64,000 nucleotides of DNA, taken from Eledone cirrhosa. Its lineage: Eukaryota. Shown here in pieces: positions 39,023-49,720 of the stretch (position 1 is the first letter of the stretch; each line of letters begins with the position of its first letter). Position numbers and translations under genes: made by a program. Location of the stretch: NCBI GenBank assembly GCA_964016885.1, contig OZ024741.1, forward strand, positions 40,610,001 through 40,674,000. Direction: 5' to 3'. The notes beneath the pieces are model-generated. The model was not told where the DNA came from. It made no database searches and worked only from the letters and a program-made list of their open reading frames with translations.

Positions 39023-40194
39023 CTAGCAGTGTATCCCAGCGTTGCACAGGTAAGAACATTGGTAATAGCACCTCCAATGAGAAACGTTTATTTGTGAGTG
39101 CCTGTTAAAAACTCAGGAAAATATACCGACAGGAAACTTGTTTTATTTGGAGAAAATTAAGAAGTTGAAAGTACAGTTTAGCTGTCTACGTGCATTATTC
39201 ATAGAAATATTGTTGAGCCCCTTCTTTTCATACTCCTCTGTTTTGGCCTATTGGAGTAAATGTGAAAGAGAGAGTCACAGGTTAAGTTGGCAGAAGGTTC
39301 CAGTGCAATAGCAGTAAGGCGTAGGCTACTTAGCTCAAAAGTTCATTCGCACTCTTTCCACTAAGTTACTCGTTCTCTCTATCCCTGTCGGTGCAGTCCC
39401 TTGCAAATTTCTCACGTAGGCCTGGTGTAGATTTGCATCCGATCCATCTACTCGATGCACATGTCCGCTTTGTACGAATTTTGGAGGAAGGACTGAGCAG
39501 CAGTACGTTGTTCGGTATTATTACAAAAAGGTGTAGCAGAGAATGCCACATGAACTAACAGCTTGGGAGGAAACTGCTTATCTCGAAGATTCATTCGACA
39601 TCGTTCTTGTCAACATTCTATTTACTTCGTTTTTGTTGGTCTACAGTTAGATGAATGGTGCACAAAGGATTAATGTTTATTGGCAAGAAGTTGCAACTGA
39701 GCTGGCTTGCCTCACTTATATTATATATTAAAATAACAGATTAAAGTTTAAGCAAAGAATCGCTGCTATCACCCTTAATGGGATCTTCTGAAACTTAAAA
39801 AATCAATTTGTGAACGCAGAAGTAAATATTTCGAAAACCGTTGCAACCGAAGGAAAACAGGAAGACGATACTTTGGTTCGTGAAGACGTTCTCTGGTTAT
39901 AGACGGAAAATAGCGAACATAATATGTCATCAATGTTTGTCATAATTTTGTAATGCAGACAGCCAGACATACAGACAGATATTATAAGGGCGCGATGAAG
40001 ATCGATAACCAGCGCCTAACACCCCTTTAACAACAGAAAATTGAAAAATAAAAGCTGCAGTTAATATCTTTAGACCGCAAGGAATATATAAATGCAAGTT
40101 TGAAGTCAATCGGAGTAGAAATGTGGATTTGTATAGACTTTGCAAAAATGAGGACACACACACAGACAACTACAGTTTTATATAAATGTATAGA
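39023..40194 (-). mobile_element. Non-autonomous Helitron
   Basis: Minus strand a|TC...hairpin (cctgtgcaacgctggga)...CTAG|t; interior near-identical to 53405-54075. Confidence 0.78.
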
Positions 40195-40265
40195 TTATCA
40201 CAGTTGTTATAGTAATGTGGTTGAAAAAGTAACAAATTAATGGTTATATTTTCATTTAACCGTAG

Positions 40266-40346
40266 ATCTAAAAACCCACTGCTTCAATGGAGAGAACTCT
40301 TTTAATATTGTTGTTGCAGAATGGAATGAAGGAGATCCTTTAAAAG
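40266..40346 (+). CDS. SSAT-like gene, coding exon B
   Basis: tag|AT...AAAG|gtgaga, 81 nt, phase 1 to 1, (D)LKTHCFNGENSFNIVVAEWNEGDPLK; aligns with SAT1 DLLEDGFGEHPFYHCLVAE. Confidence 0.8.
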
Positions 40347-40994
40347 GTGAGATTTTTGTTCAAGTATATGACTGATATTATTTTAGGCAAAGGACACACA
40401 TGTCATCTCAGCATCATCATCATCATCTATTGCCCTTGCTCGATGGGACTGGGGTCATCCTCGTCAGTAGTCCTGTAGGTATCATCATGTGTAGAGTCAG
40501 CCAGTGCCCTCCATCAATGGCAGTCCATTGCCAGCCCCTCTGCAGCACCCTCCAAGGTGACGTCAAGCCTCTGGAGATCTTCCATAATCACATCGAACCA
40601 TCATGTGTGGGGCTTGACATAGGGCCTGTTCCAGCTTGCCACTACTCAGTTGAATGAGAGTAAGGCTCTGGCAGGAGGCGGAGAACATGTTCATACCAGC
40701 AGATGAGGTGGGAGGCTGCAGGCTGATGCAAGCACACATGCAACTCTTCATCGGAGATGTGATCGTACTTATAAGATTACCCAAATCACGACATTTTAAG
40801 GCAACAGTAGACTCTTTGTGCTATATTGATGTTACAAACAAACTGACAAAAGCCAGACAATTTTAGTATTAAAAAGATTGTTACTCTGCTTCTGTTTTTA
40901 TTCAGTTACTTCTTTCCTAGATGGGTTGTCTTTCCTACTGTTTATGGAGATAATGTCTTCCCCATTCAGTTTTTATTTGGAGTTATATTGTTCC

Positions 40995-41200
40995 TGTAGC
41001 CTCAGCAATTAACTCCTCTTCCTTCACCTCATGTAGCCTCAGCAATTAATTCCTCCTCCTTTGCCTCATGTGGCCTTGGCAATTAACAGTCCCTCCTCTA
41101 CTTCATGTGGCCTCAGCAATTAACACTCCCTCCTCTACCTCATGTGGCCTCAGCAATTAACACTCCCTCCTCTACCTCATGTGGCCTCAGCAATTAACTC
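40995..41200. repeat. ~35-38-bp tandem repeat (cctcatgtggcctcagcaattaacactccctcctcta)
   Basis: About six direct units. Confidence 0.85.
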
Positions 41201-41681
41201 GGCAACTGTCTCGCTCCTCCAGTAACCTTGGCAACTGTCTCCTTTCTTCCACTGACTTTGGCAACTGGCTCCTCTGTCTCTCAACAACAAACATGTAGTT
41301 ACCTTACTCCCTCTAATACTATCTCTTCTCAGTACTACACCTTCACAGTGTCTATTGTCATAGTTTCACTCCTTTCTTCCTTTACTGTTTCTCTTCTTCT
41401 ACTCCTTTCTCTTCTTCAATACCCCCACACTTCAATTCAGCCCTTCCCTCTCCCATCATATTCTCATACCCTATATCTACTCAGCCTTTAATGAACAGGT
41501 ACAACTTTGAGTAATGTATACTCCATTAGTCTCACAAAATACAAGTCAAATCCACTCATGTAGGTTCCATTATAAAATGTACCCAATACATTTAGTAAAG
41601 TGGTAGCAATCAAACAGATCATGTAGATTTGGGATGATTTTTTTTTACTCCTCTCTATCACATAGCAGCCCCTCTAGTACC

Positions 41682-42060
41682 TCATCATCATCATCATTTT
41701 TACGTCCTCTTTTCCATACTTGCATGGGTTGGATTGGTCCTTCTCAACACGTCATGTCTCCACTTGTCGCATTCCTTCGTTATCTCCTTTTCCAGTCTTA
41801 TGATTTGAGGTCCACAACCTCTATCCAGGTCTTTCTTGGTTGTCCTCTATTGCAGCTTCCTTCCACTGGGATTTCCTGGCATTTCTTTACCCAACAGTCA
41901 TTGTCCATGCACATCACATGTCCATACCAATACAGTCTTCTCTCCTGCACACCATCTTGGATTCCCCTTAAACCCAGCTTCTCCCTCAGCTTGTCCAATC
42001 TCTGCCTTTCACATTTACATTGCACATCCAATGAAACATGGTTGTTTTATTTCTCTACAT
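41682..42060 (-). mobile_element. RTE LINE 3' fragment
   Basis: QERRLYWYGHV..GQPRKTW, (GAT)n tail. Confidence 0.8.
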
Positions 42061-42062
42061 TG

Positions 42063-42403
42063 GGAGGCACATGGCTTAGTGGTTAGAGCATTGGGCTTGC
42101 AATTGAAAGGTTGTGAGTTCAATTCTCAGACCGGTTGATGTGTTGTTTCCTTGAGCAAGACACTTTATTTCACATTGCTCCAGTTTACTCAGCTGTAGAA
42201 ATGAGATGATAGGGACTAGGGTCCATATCATTCCACTGCAAAGTGGTCGTGGAGGTGCCACGGCAAAAAAGCACCCAGCACTCACTGTAAATGAGGTTGG
42301 TGTTAGGAAGGGCATCCAGCTGTAGAAATCAAGCCAGAATCAGTTCCCGTCCCACCCTTGCAAGCAGGGAAAAGCGGACGTAAAATGATGATGATGATGA
42401 TGA
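42063..42403 (+). mobile_element. Full-length tRNA-derived SINE (family of 7267-7602)
   Basis: GGAGGCACATGGCTTAGTGG head to (GAT)n tail. Confidence 0.9.
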
Positions 42404-42598
42404 TTGCACATCTAGTGTGCCATAAAAAAATGCACCTGTTACATTTTATAAAGCATTAGGAAAAGCATGCAGCTGTAGAAACCATGGCAAAAATGGAAAA
42501 TATAAAAGAGACATGTTTCTCCAATCAGTTTAGTCTCAGAGCCTGACCATCTATCCAGCTCATGCCAACATGGAAAACATGAAACATGGTGATGATAT

Positions 42599-42830
42599 AC
42601 AGGCTGTCCCTCAAAAATGTATACACACTTCAACAGCAAAAAAAAGGGCATTAAAATAAATTCTGCTTTATATGCATTACTTAAATTATGTAAACATTTT
42701 TGGGTGTTTACATACAATTGAATTATGTCTGTAGATCATTTTGTTTTGGGAAAGGTTGTCCATTCTAATAGATATTGATTGTCTGTACAGGTAATCAAAG
42801 TGTGTATACATTTTTGGGGACACATTGTAT
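42599..42830. mobile_element. Tc1/mariner-type MITE
   Basis: TA-flanked TIRs caggctgtccctcaaaaatgtatacacactt / aagtgtgtatacatttttggggacacattg. Confidence 0.75.
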
Positions 42831-42874
42831 ATACAAATACCTACACTATATGTAACAATATAATTTTCTTACAG

Positions 42875-43032
42875 CAAGCAGTCAAAAGAGTGGACCATTA
42901 GCAGGGTATTTGTTCTACTATTATACATACTCCACATGGGAAGCAACATCCATTGAGATAACAGACTTCTATGTGTTACCATTGCCAGAATATGAGAGCA
43001 TCTGTAAACAACTGTTTCATTTCATGTGCAAG
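42875..43032 (+). CDS. SSAT-like gene, coding exon C
   Basis: ttttcttacag|...AAG|gtagta, 158 nt, phase 1 to 0, (A)SSQKSGPLAGYLFYYYTYSTWEATSIEITDFYVLPLPEYESICKQLFHFMCK; aligns with SAT1 [25 protein letters not shown]. Confidence 0.88.
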
Positions 43033-44133
43033 GTAGTAGAGATTTAGTTTTGTATTAATATTATTTTGTTTCAGTAAATACCAGTCATATATTGGGATAA
43101 TTTTATTGACTGTACATCTTTTTCTTGCTCTCGCTCTCTCGTTCTCTCTCTCTTTCTTCATCTCTCTCTCTCTGTCTTCATCTTTCTCTCTCTCTCTCTC
43201 TCTCTTTCTGTCTTCATCTCTCACTCTCTGTCTTTCTCTCTCCTATGTATGTGTGTCATTGTGAGAAATTACCATTTGAAGTCGCAACAACCTACTTTTA
43301 TTATGTTACGTCAGAGGAAAGAGCAGTGTCCATGACCTCCTTTCAGAGTCTCTGAGACTTGTAGGAATAACAGAGGAAGGTATACTTAAACTGGATACCT
43401 GATCTGAACATTTGCCACTAGATGGACTCTGCAAAAGACCCCCAAGGGCCAGGTGATGCTGTTAAAGTGAGCGATGACTTAAGTTTATAATCCAAGTAGG
43501 CCACAGTATGATTTTTACTCAGGACAAATATCATAAGGCATCTTGTTTGATGCTCAAATAATTCAGCCAATCCACCATATATAACTGGTACTTTATTTTA
43601 TTAACTCCAAAAGGGTGAAAGGTAAAGTTGACCTTAATGGGATTTGAACTCAGAGTGCAGAGAGCCAGAACAAATATGGAATTTTTTAAAGTTAGTATGT
43701 CCTACCTATCACCAATCACCTTACAGGTGCATTTTTTTGTGGCTCCAGCATTAGGGATGTATCGCAACTGGTGAGTCCCCTCAAACCTTTTCTATGGATG
43801 GAAACCCTTCTTAATATCAACCACTTACAAAGCATGCTGGAAGCATTTTATCATGGGACCAGCAAAATGAGTTTGTTGAACATAGACTTGACTAAAGAAT
43901 CCTTTCTACCTACCCTATGTGGTGAGAGAGGGTGGGGATAAGAAGGTTGATAAGTATATTAGGATTGACAAGAGGTGGGGTGGAGAGTGACATATTTAAT
44001 GTTATGGTTGTATGACAGGTGTGGTGGAGTTGTACAGGGTGGGGAGGGGTAGTGTGGGTCTAGGGCCTACATTTATGATGAGACTAGATACTAAGTGATG
44101 GTGGAGAGAGACTGGGTGGGTTAGGTCACATTT

Positions 44134-44400
44134 TTATACTGGCAGCCAAGTCTTCTCCAGTACGCCGTGTCGCCAATCCTCACGGCTTTTTGTCATCACT
44201 GTTATGAGATTCATCTTCATAAGGTTGGTCTTTACTACTTCATCCCATGTCTTCCTAGGCCTACCTTTTCCACAATTCCCATCCACTAAGATTTCTTTGC
44301 ATTTCTTTATACAGCTGTCATCTTCCATATACATCACATGTCTTGTAACATCACAATCTCTCATACACACTATCGGATCCCTCTCTCAGCTCATCTCTGC
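44134..44400 (-). mobile_element. RTE LINE 3' fragment
   Basis: MEDDSCIKKC..GKGRPRKTWDEVV. Confidence 0.75.
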
Positions 44401-44472
44401 TCAAATATCTACACTTTACTCAAATCTCTGACCTGTAGTATATAGTAGATTTTACTTACTTTGGTTCATTAA

Positions 44473-44676
44473 CCCTTTAGCATTTACATCACTCTATATA
44501 TACTATTGTATTTTCACAGTAAAGGCTTTATCTTACATAATTTTCTCACATAATATCCAATCTATGAGATTTTGATATTTATTTTGAGAACCATACCTTA
44601 ATATAAGTATGAGCGACCAGTTACTGCTGGTTTGAACAGAACGAGACCAGATATAGCTGGTTTAAATGCTAAAGGG
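44473..44676. mobile_element. piggyBac-type MITE (TTAA TSD); further copies at 47151-47354 and 50900-51115
   Basis: TTAA|CCCTTTAGCATTTA ... TAAATGCTAAAGGG|TTAA. Confidence 0.82.
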
Positions 44677-44831
44677 TTAAATAAACTGCCAGTTTCATCT
44701 AATTGAATAGAATATGATGGAGCAGTTACAGAGCTCAGGCTAGTGACATTGAGGTTACCATATTTCTAATGAATACACTGCCTATGATTTTCAAATAATT
44801 TTTAAAGATAATCACAAATTTTAAAGATAAT

Positions 44832-47035
44832 TCAAGCATGTTTTACAACGTGAGGACCAGAAACAGGAGGTATTCAAGATTGCGAGGCAGTGTGTCAGAG
44901 ATAGTTGTGATGTCATTGGAGAGAAGTGTATCCGGAATGATAAAGGTGAGCTTGCCCTCACAAGTGCTGAGAAGAAAGATGCATGGAAGAGTCATTATGA
45001 TAGATTACTAAATGAGGAGAATGCATGGGAAAAAGAGACCCTACCCCACGTAGACCCTATAGAGGGACCAGCAGTACAAGTCAGCGGCAGCGTAGTAAGT
45101 AAGGCAATCAGAGATATGAAGATAGGGAAGGCAACCGGTCCATCGGGTATAGCTGCCGAGATGCTGAAGGCATCTGGGTCTGTAGGTCACACTATAACCA
45201 CACGTATCGTTAACCAGGTAATACTAGAGGGGGCCATACCAAAAGATTGGTGCAGTAGCATCATTGTCAACTGCTACAAAGGTAAAGGCGATGCACTAGA
45301 TAAAGGAAACTATAGAGGTATAAAGTTGATGGACCAGGTCATGAAAGTAACAGAAAGAGTTATAGCACAGCTGATTAGGGACTGGGTGAATATAGACGAG
45401 ATGCAAAATTTGGGTTTGTACCAGGGAAAGGCACCACTGATGCCCTCTTCCTTGTGAGGCAATTACAGGAAAAGTACCTAGCTAAAAGTAAGCCACTCTA
45501 CTTGGCATTTGTCGACCTTGAGAAAGCCTTTGACAGAGTTCCACGTGCAGTAATCTGGTGGGCTCTTAGAAAACTAGGAGTAGATGAATGGCTTGTGAAA
45601 GCGGTACAAGCCATGTATAGGGGAGCAGTCAGCAAAGTTAGGATTAGCAATGAGTATAGCGAGGAATTTAGCGTACAGGTTGGGGTCCACCAGGGCTCTG
45701 TTCTTAGCCCTCTCCTGTTCATCATAGTCCTGCAGGCAATAACGGGGGAGTTTAAGACCGGATGCCCATGGGAACTCCTGTATGCTGATGACCTCGCACT
45801 CATAGCTGAATCTATGGTAGAACTAGAGAATAAATTCCAAACCTGGAAGCAGGGACTAGAGAGAAAGGGCCTCAAAGTCAACATGACAAAGACTAAGGTC
45901 CTTATAAGTAGACAAGAAAACAGAACCCAGATCCCCTCAGGGAAATGGCCTTGCTCAGTATGTAGGAAAGGTGTAGGTAGGAACTCCATTCTCTGCCCCA
46001 AATGCAAACAATGGGTACACAAGAGATGTAGCGGGATCTCAGGAAGCTTAATTAAGAATGTAGGATTCACATGCAGCAGCTGTGCTGAAACAGCAAGCAA
46101 ACAGCCACAGGAAACAAGTACCACCAATCTCTGGGAGGGCCCTGTAGAAACAGTAGACAGCTTCTGCTACCTAGGTGACCGAATTAGCAACGGAGGTGGG
46201 TGCTCAGAAAGTACAATAACTAGGGTAAGAACGGGATGGAAGAAGTTTAGGGAACTACTACCACTGCTAGCTGCAAAAGGCTTCTCCCTCAGAATGAAAG
46301 GCAGACTGTATGATGCGTGTATCCGAACAGCGATGTTGCATGGTAGTGAGACCTGGGCGCTGAAGGTGGAAGACTTACGTAGATTAGAGAGAAACGAAGC
46401 CTGCATGCTCCGATGGATGTGTAACAGTAATATACGTGAACGACAAAGCATAAAGGAATTGAGAGAGAGACTGAGCATAAGAGGAATCAAATGCTGCGTG
46501 CAGGAGAGGCGGTTACGCTGGTATGGACATGTGATGCGTATGAAGGATGACAGCTGCATAAAAAGGTGCAGAGCACTAGAAGTTGATGGAAACCGCGGAG
46601 TGGGGAGACCCAAGATGACTTGGGATGAGGTGATAAAAGCCGACCTTACCCAACTACACCTCTCAAAGTCAATGACACACGACCGTGACTTCTGGCGTCA
46701 CGCAGTAATACAGGGTACCCGACCTCCCATGGGTACATGCTGAAGCATATAAACAATATGCCCCCACTCCCCCCACCGCAAGGTGGTCGTGGAGGTGCCA
46801 CGGCAAAAAAGCACCCAGCCCACACTGTAAAGTGGACGTGTAGGCGCCACGAAAAAGCACCCAGCACTCACTGTAAATGAGGTTGGTGTTAGGAAGGGCA
46901 TCCAGCTGTAGAAATCAAGCCAGATCAGTTCCTGTATGAGCAAGGCATGGTCAGCCGACCAGACACTGCCCACAACAGGACAACCCGTCTAACCCATGCT
47001 AGCGTGGAAGAACGGACGTAAAACGGTGATGATGA
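44832..47035 (+). mobile_element. 5'-truncated RTE LINE (RT region nearly intact, one frameshift ~45405)
   Basis: ORFs 45116-45457 and 45454-46743: AFVDLEKAFDRVPR, GVHQGSVLSPLLF, LLYADD, RRLRWYGHV; 3' UTR and (GAT)n tail. Lies in an intron of the SSAT-like gene. Confidence 0.95.
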
Positions 47036-47495
47036 ATCACCAGTTTGAAATAATTCAGTAATACAACTTTCTCACCATTCATCTGGTATTTGGAACATAA
47101 CAAAGGTTCTTACATAAAATTATGATAGAAGATTTTTAGATAAATATAAACCCTTTAGCATTTATACCAGCCACATCCGGCCAGAATTCTCTCACCTCTT
47201 TCTGTAACTAGCCACTCATACTGATGTTAAGGCATTGTTCTCAAAATAAATATCAAAATCTCATTGATTCAATATTATGTGAGATAATTATGTAAGATAA
47301 AGCCTTACCACAAAAATTCAATAGTAAATATAGAGTAATGTAAATTCTAAAGGGTTAAAACAAACAGCTTTTGTATCATAAAATCAGGGGCAGTTTCAGG
47401 TGGTTTGGTATCAAAAAGTTTAACACCTGTTGTGTTTTTTTTTATTTTAATTCATGGTGAATTTATCTTTTTTTTAATTTTTTTTTTATTTTTAG

Positions 47496-47663
47496 GTGTC
47501 TGTAGATGAAAACTGTGCACGGGTTCAGTGGAAAACAAATGGTACAAAAGACTCGAGGAACTTAGCTAAATATTTCAATGTCCCAAATTTGTTAGAGATG
47601 GAAGGTTGGCGAGTATATATTCTTGACAAAAATCAATTGCAAAAGATTAATGAAAGCTGTTAA
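47496..47663 (+). CDS. SSAT-like gene, last coding exon
   Basis: Long polypyrimidine tract + ag|, phase 0, VSVDENCARVQWKTNGTKDSRNLAKYFNVPNLLEMEGWRVYILDKNQLQKINESC*; aligns with SAT1 ..EEGWRLFKIDKEYLLKM; AATAAA at ~47745. Confidence 0.88.
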   Translation: MSVDENCARVQWKTNGTKDSRNLAKYFNVPNLLEMEGWRVYILDKNQLQKINESC

Positions 47664-47814
47664 CAAGACAATTGTGTTTCTCAAAGAATGTCATCTCTAC
47701 AGGTTTGTTTTGTTGTTATCTTTGTTGTTGAAAGAAATTTTCTTAATAAAATAAAAGGTAACTTTTATTAGTATTTATTCTTTTACTTGATTCACTCATT
47801 AAACTGTGATACCA

Positions 47815-48930
47815 ACTTAATAATGAAAATTATTGTGTACAGTGCTCAGGTGCACTACAACTCATCAAAGGTGCATGAATAGTACATAGAATAATGTACA
47901 AATGTCAGAAAAGCGATCAGTGCATGCGTGTGTATGGAGGGGGAATATCAGGTGTAGTGTTGGCGTATTTTGGGAAGCATGGAGGTTTTGTGTCCCGACA
48001 GCTAACAACTGATGCAAGTAGTTTGTTACATGCTTCAGCAACACTGAGCAGGAAAAAATGTTTCTGAAATCATGGGAGCTGTACTGTTTTCTAATTTTGT
48101 AAGCATGTCCACAGCTGTTAGACATGTGGAATTCAAAAAGGTGCTCAGGATTGTTGTTGGAAAGATTGTTGTTAATAATCTTGTGGGTGTCTACCAAGTC
48201 AGTTGCCAGATATCAGAGATGTAATGTATCCATGCCCAGGGAAGCAAGGCATTCAGAGTACGGTAGATGCCTTATGGAGGGTATTGTTTGGTTGCATGTC
48301 TCTGAACAGTTTTCAGGTGGTTAATATTCTGAGCAAGATAGGGATTCCAGACTAGTGATGCAAATTTTAAGTGTAGATACACTATAGCTATATACAGTTT
48401 AAATAGATAGCTGGAGAGCGGCTGACAAAGGTCTTACTGGGTGGTGCTAAGACACCCTCGGCTTTCTTGGCAATTTTAGAGGTGTGCTTTGTCCAATGCA
48501 AATTGCTGTTGTCAATCTCAAATGCATGATGGTACACTTGCCCATAGCCAGCTTGAGTTGCAAGTCCATAATCCATTGCTGCATTGTATCCAGATCTGAT
48601 TGCAGGAAAAATCTATAATTTATAGGATCTGTTTTTTATCTCAAGGTACAGCTTGATACGATCTGCATATTTCAGCACTCTGGCATTATTTAAGTTGGCA
48701 TCCATGTCTTTAATATATACAACAAACAAAAGGGAACCAAAAACAAATGCCTGTGGTACACCAGATGTTCACTAGAACCATGACTACCTTTTTTCAAAAT
48801 TGCGAGGGTCAGATAAGGTTATGAGAGTTCTTTAAGTTCCAGAGTGTTTCTCCATCAGTTTGGTGATGCAGCTAGTAAGACTGACTGGACAATAGTTGAC
48901 AGGTGACGTCCAATCACCCTTTTCGAAGAA
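47815..48930 (-). mobile_element. Decayed CR1/L2-type LINE 3' portion
   Basis: Minus-strand remnants SGVPQ..LLFVVYI.D..LKYAD; 3' end gtagtgcacctgagcactgtacac plus (ATT)n. Confidence 0.7.
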
Positions 48931-49464
48931 ATTCATGCAAGCTGTTAACAAGGAGGAATTTCATCAATCATATTCACCCAATTAATTGAAGGGATTTAAT
49001 CATTCATATCAACTCCAGTACATGGTAGATAGAAACTTGTGGAAACTCATACATGTGAGGCAGACATTGGCAAAACAGCTCGTTGAGGAGAGCAGTAAAT
49101 CTGAAGTAATACTTGTGTGTTGGACAACTCATCTAGAAGAACAGTAACTCAAAATAAAAAAAAATACATAGGAAAAACGTTGTCTCCGTAAACAGTAAGA
49201 AAAGCAACTCATTTGGGAGATGTCTAATTCTGAATAAAACCTGATACAGTGTAGAGAGGACACTTAAGTCATGATAGACAATTCTCTCTAATGCTGGTGG
49301 TATGATAGTAATAGGAAGGGCAACCAGCCATTAAAACTATGAAAGGTACAGCATATTCTTTAAACCTTAATTATGTTATCACAGAGTTAATACCAACCAT
49401 GATGGTGTTGCACACAGCTGGGTGGCTAGGGTGTAACACCTAACCACGTACAAGTTCTCTTCAA

Positions 49465-49720
49465 CTATGAGGACCTTAGTCTTTGTTTGGTTGACTTTGA
49501 GACCCTTCTTTCTAGGCCCTGCTTCCATGTATTTCTTTTCTAGTTCTACCATAGATTCAGCTCTAAGTGTAAGATCATCCTCATACAGAAGTTCCCATGG
49601 GCATCCGGTCTCAAACTCCTCTGTTATCGCCTGGAATACGATAGTAAATAGGAGAGGGCTAAGAACAGAGCCCTGGTGGACACCAACCTGTATGCTAAAT
49701 TCCTTGCTATAGTCATTGTT
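49465..49720 (-). mobile_element. RTE RT fragment
   Basis: GVHQGSVLSPLLF...CPWELLYEDD on the minus strand. Confidence 0.8.

Noticed and set aside
42063-42135. tRNA gene
   Set aside because: A/B boxes are present but continue into a SINE body and LINE-like tail in six copies; no complete acceptor stem.
45498-46613. Long minus-strand ORFs of 209 and 148 aa (and + ORFs over 29973-31907)
   Set aside because: Antisense shadows of RTE reverse transcriptase coding sequence.
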